This document shows positions 23,116 through 26,455 of a stretch of 26,455 nucleotides of DNA, piece after piece. The stretch is from the NCBI GenBank assembly GCA_030632925.1, contig DAOVTU010000001.1, forward strand, positions 1-26,455, in the 5' to 3' direction. The stretch is from Candidatus Krumholzibacteriia bacterium (GTDB taxonomy: Bacteria; Krumholzibacteriota; Krumholzibacteriia; LZORAL124-64-63). The notes beneath the pieces are model-generated. The model did not search any database and was not told where the DNA came from. It saw only the letters and a program-made list of their open reading frames with translations. The translations under genes and the position numbers were made by a program. How positions within the stretch are numbered: position 1 is the first letter of the stretch; each line of letters begins with the position of its first letter.

Positions 23116-24639
23116 CTACAGGCCGTATAGCTTGATTTTACGATATAGAGTGCGTTCGCTGATACCCAGGCGATCAGCCGCTTTGCGCCGATTCCCGGTT
23201 GCCGCCCGCAAGGCCGACTCGATCAGCGTTCGCTCGGCCGTCTGCAAATCGCCCACCTGGGCGTCCTGCAACGGACTGTAACTGTCGGCCGACGAAAAAG
23301 TTTCCACCACCGACCCCGGATGCCGGATGGCCCCCTCGCCCACCGGCCAACTGGCCGGTTCGTTGTCCCAACGCTGACCTCCGGCCAGCATGGTCTTGAT
23401 CTCCTTGATGTCCTGTCTCAGTTCCAGCAACGTGCTGGCCAGCACACCCAGATCTATCCCGCTGTTGTCCGTGCGGTCCAGGGCCATGGGCAGGTAGTCC
23501 TGACGGCGCTGTCCATGGCCATACTGGAATTCCTCCGGCAGGTCCGGCAGGTCGATCATGCCCCGTTGCTTGAGCACCACGATGCTGCTGATGGTATTGC
23601 GCAACTCGCGCACGTTGCCCGGCCAGTCGTAATCCTGAAACACCTGTTCGGCTGCCCGCGTCAGGCCCTTGACATGCAGATTGTGTCGGGTGTTTTCCTG
23701 CTCCAGAAAGGCCGCCGACAACAGCGGAATATCGTCGCGGCGGTCGCGCAATGGTGGCGTCGTAATCACGACAACTTTGAGGCGATAATACAGGTCCTGC
23801 CGGAATCGTCCCCGGCTGACTTCTTCGGCCAGATCGCGATGTGTAGCTGCCACCAGCCGGATGTCGCTGCGGTCCACCTTGCGTCCACCCACCGGTGTGA
23901 ACTCTCCGGTTTCAAGAGTGCGCAGGAAGCGCGTTTGCATGTTCAGCGGCATCTCCGCCACTTCATCCAGAAACAGGGTACCACCGTGGGCGCGCTTGAA
24001 AACGCCCTGATGGTCGTTCACCGCACCGGTGAAAGCGCCCTTGGCGTGTCCAAAAAGTTCACTTTCCAAAACACCTTCGGTCATGGCGCCACAGTTGAGG
24101 CTCACAAAGGGCCCTTCGACCCGCGAGCTGTTGTCGTGGATGGCGCGCGCCACGAGTTCCTTGCCTGCCCCGCTCTCACCCAGTATCAGAATGTTCACAT
24201 CAAGGGGCGCGGCGTGGGCCACCAGCGAAAGCATTTCCACGATGGCCCGGCTGCGTCCCACGATACCGCTGCGTTCACGCACCCGTCGCAGTCTCAACTT
24301 GCGGTCAACCGTCTGCCGGATCTCTTCGGCATCGGTGTCCAGCGGCAAAACGGTGATCACTGCCTCGTGGTCAATTTCCTTGACCTCGGCCACGCATTCT
24401 TCCGGCCCCACGAGCAGCAAGTCGGCATCCGATTTCATGGATAGAAATTTGCGGACCACGTGTTTGTAGCGGGGGTAGTCGCGGGTATCGAACAGGAAAA
24501 CTCCGGCCTGACCGAGGCTGATTCGGGCGAGGGCCTCAGAGGGCGAATCAAACAGGAACAATTCCACCGCGGGCAAATCCCAGTCGGCGGCGGCACCGTA
24601 CAGGCGGTGGCGGCGGCTCAGCAGAACAACAGATCGCAC
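23116..24639 (-). CDS. Sigma54-dependent transcriptional activator (bEBP): degenerate receiver-like domain, AAA+ domain, Fis-type HTH
   Basis: GESGAGKELVARAIH, LESELFGHAKGAFTGA (24022-24039), GGTLFLDEV, FRQDLYYRL, WPGNVREL, GNRRKAADRLGISERTLYRKI. Start GTG 24639 with a GGAGA RBS (507 aa); the 762-aa track ORF is an upstream open-frame extension. Confidence 0.93.
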   Translation of the reverse strand: MRSVVLLSRRHRLYGAAADWDLPAVELFLFDSPSEALARISLGQAGVFLFDTRDYPRYKHVVRKFLSMKSDADLLLVGPEECVAEVKEIDHEAVITVLPLDTDAEEIRQTVDRKLRLRRVRERSGIVGRSRAIVEMLSLVAHAAPLDVNILILGESGAGKELVARAIHDNSSRVEGPFVSLNCGAMTEGVLESELFGHAKGAFTGAVNDHQGVFKRAHGGTLFLDEVAEMPLNMQTRFLRTLETGEFTPVGGRKVDRSDIRLVAATHRDLAEEVSRGRFRQDLYYRLKVVVITTPPLRDRRDDIPLLSAAFLEQENTRHNLHVKGLTRAAEQVFQDYDWPGNVRELRNTISSIVVLKQRGMIDLPDLPEEFQYGHGQRRQDYLPMALDRTDNSGIDLGVLASTLLELRQDIKEIKTMLAGGQRWDNEPASWPVGEGAIRHPGSVVETFSSADSYSPLQDAQVGDLQTAERTLIESALRAATGNRRKAADRLGISERTLYRKIKLYGL

Positions 24640-24681
24640 AGGCAGACATCTCCAGAGGAAAGGACACAGGCCCAGACAGCC

Positions 24682-24694
24682 TGACATAATGTCA
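24682..24694. promoter_or_regulatory. Perfect palindrome TGACAT-A-ATGTCA upstream of the bEBP gene
   Basis: Seen directly in the 85-bp HDOD-bEBP gap, 42 bp upstream of the GTG start. Confidence 0.55.
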
Positions 24695-24724
24695 CAATAC
24701 ACCGGATTTCGCTGGTGGCAAGAA

Positions 24725-25633
24725 TCAACTGATACTGAGGTAAGATGAGGCGTTGGCGATGGATTCGCGCATTGCTGAAAGATTTTCCTCAACTGCCTTG
24801 ACCGTGATGTTGGCCGCCAGGTGCAGGGCGTGAACATCGCAGTGCGACGGGTCGAAGCCCAGGTCGCTGCGGGCGGGCTCGATGGTATTGGCCAGGTAGT
24901 CCGCCAGAGTGACCAGAGCCGTGTCGCGCCAATGGGGATTGCCCGTGTCCCGGCCGGACGATTCGTCGTGATGACTTCCAAAGGTGCGCGCCAGGATCTC
25001 CGGGAAACGCCACGCGCGGGCAAAACACTCGCCAACCATGGCGTGATCAAAACCAAATGTATCGAATTCGACATCCACCAGACGGGCCTGGTCGCTGGCA
25101 CGTTCCCGCACCAGTTGCGCATATTTTTCAGGTGCGTACAACTCGAGCACAAATTTTCCGATGTCGTGCAGCAGCCCGGCGGTGAAAACCTCTTCCGGGT
25201 CCGGATGGTCCACCAGTTGGGCCAGATGCTTGGCAATCGCCGCAGTGACGACTGAATGGCGCCACAATTCGCGGTAGTCCAGTTCACCGGCGGATTCCTC
25301 AACGGCCGAGACCACGGAACTGGCCACCGAAACACAAACCGCCACCTGCCGCACGGTGCGATAACCCAGAACGGCAACGCAGCGGTTGATGTCGGCAATG
25401 CCACCGCGCGGCGAATAGTAAGGCGAGTTGGCCAGCTTGAGAATCTTGGCCATCAGGGGCGCATCGCGCCGGACGGCGTCTGCCAGTTCAGCCGGTCCAC
25501 TGTCCGGATCATCGATCACGTTCAGAATGTGGATCAGGGTTTCGGGAATGGACGGCAGGTCTTCGATGGAGCTCAGCATGGCGTCGAGTTCGGCGGCGTT
25601 GACGTCATTGCGGCTGTCGATACAAGTCGTCAC
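24725..25633 (-). CDS. Stand-alone HDOD domain protein
   Basis: DLPSIPETL, DAPLMAKILKLANSPYY, LWRHSVVTA, AGLLHDIGK, FGFDHAMVG, WRFP. GTG 25633 with a GAGGG RBS overlapping the upstream stop (302 aa). Confidence 0.9.
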   Translation of the reverse strand: MTTCIDSRNDVNAAELDAMLSSIEDLPSIPETLIHILNVIDDPDSGPAELADAVRRDAPLMAKILKLANSPYYSPRGGIADINRCVAVLGYRTVRQVAVCVSVASSVVSAVEESAGELDYRELWRHSVVTAAIAKHLAQLVDHPDPEEVFTAGLLHDIGKFVLELYAPEKYAQLVRERASDQARLVDVEFDTFGFDHAMVGECFARAWRFPEILARTFGSHHDESSGRDTGNPHWRDTALVTLADYLANTIEPARSDLGFDPSHCDVHALHLAANITVKAVEENLSAMRESIANASSYLSIS

Positions 25634-25646
25634 GTCTCTAAATCCC

Positions 25647-26455
25647 TCAAATGAAGATTTCCATCTCGGACTCCAGGGTTTCCTGAAGAATCGAGGCGGT
25701 GTTCTCGAAGACGCCAGCCTCCAACTGCAGAATCTGGTTGGAGCGGCAGTTAATGATGTCCAGTTCCGGATCATCGATGAAACCGATGCCCAGCTTCTTG
25801 CAAAGCTTGTTGGCCAGATCCAGATACAGCAGCAACGGATTGTCAGCTGTCATGGCCTCGGGGTTGTGGTGGTTCAGGATCACAAATTCCATCACCGGCG
25901 ACAGGTTCCATTTGTTGACCAGCATGGCCCCCACATGGGTGTGGTCGTATCCTAGCAACTCGGTTTCGGTGATGTGAAAAGGACGGTTTTCGTTGTACAC
26001 CACTTGGACGATTTCATCGAACTGTTCAGGCACACGCAGGTTCAACACGAGCTTGCCAATGTCATGCATCAGACCCGACAGGAAGGCTTCTTCGGCCAGT
26101 CCGGGTGAACGCTCAGTGGCCAGGAGGCGGGCCGCAAAAGCCGAGCCGATGGAGTGTTCCCACAACAGACGTTCTTTCAGCCCCGTACGGGACTTGCGAG
26201 TATTGTAGAGATTGCGCGCCGCGCTGGTCACCACCAGGCTGCGGATGGAGTTGAAGCCCAGCATGACGATCGCTTCGGTCAGGGTCTTGACCTTGCGGCT
26301 ACAACTGTACATGGCGCTGTTGGCAATTTTAAGAATGCGGCCGGTCATGGCCTGATCGTCGCTGATCACCTGTTGCAGTTGCTTGGCCGAAGTATTGGGA
26401 TCAGACGAAAGCTCGAGAACCTTAGCGGCGACGTGAGGCATCGCCGGGAGGTCCC
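25647..26455 (-). CDS. HDOD domain protein, 5' end outside the window
   Basis: The frame continues past the track start as ..DLPAMPHVAAKVL; DQAMTGRILKIANSAMY, LWEHSIGSA, SGLMHDIGK, LGYDHTHVG, KWNL. Confidence 0.9.
   Translation of the reverse strand, partial: DLPAMPHVAAKVLELSSDPNTSAKQLQQVISDDQAMTGRILKIANSAMYSCSRKVKTLTEAIVMLGFNSIRSLVVTSAARNLYNTRKSRTGLKERLLWEHSIGSAFAARLLATERSPGLAEEAFLSGLMHDIGKLVLNLRVPEQFDEIVQVVYNENRPFHITETELLGYDHTHVGAMLVNKWNLSPVMEFVILNHHNPEAMTADNPLLLYLDLANKLCKKLGIGFIDDPELDIINCRSNQILQLEAGVFENTASILQETLESEMEIFI

Noticed and set aside
24640-25404. 255-codon open extension of the bEBP frame through the second HDOD gene, suggesting an HDOD-bEBP frameshift fusion
   Set aside because: The translation is low-complexity and Cys-rich, I see no slippery site at the HDOD stop (AGT TGA), and the bEBP has a good GGAGA-GTG start with a regulatory-looking gap.

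Overview
Chromosomal, mostly housekeeping window of a GC-rich (roughly 60% by eye, not computed) diderm bacterium. No mobile element, CRISPR array, rRNA or tRNA is visible. Most genes are on the minus strand. In transcription order these are: tandem HDOD genes (first one cut by the window edge), a sigma54 activator with a degenerate receiver domain, a PorV/PorQ-type outer-membrane protein; a diguanylate cyclase interlocked with comEC; purC-purH; an M6 metalloprotease with a T9SS/FlgD-Ig-like C-terminal domain, a large Slt-type lytic transglycosylase and secA; then smg(DUF494)-topA-trmFO-xerC (xerC cut by the window edge and missed by the ORF track). The only credible plus-strand gene is an MltD-like LysM lytic transglycosylase. 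PorV-like and CTD-bearing proteins and a long SecA sit alongside canonical Shine-Dalgarno sites and TTGACA/TATAAT-type promoters, which suggests (inference) a non-Bacteroidota FCB-type lineage. The best leads are: (1) an HDOD-HDOD-pseudoreceiver bEBP-PorV signalling module with a palindromic TGACAT-A-ATGTCA site; (2) T9SS-like receptor and cargo, including an EF-hand loop inserted in the PorV-like barrel; (3) an apparent DGC-comEC operon; (4) a coupled protease-Slt-secA gene run; (5) a structured purC leader that I could not match to known purine riboswitches. These are hypotheses. Nothing here proves a new system from sequence alone.
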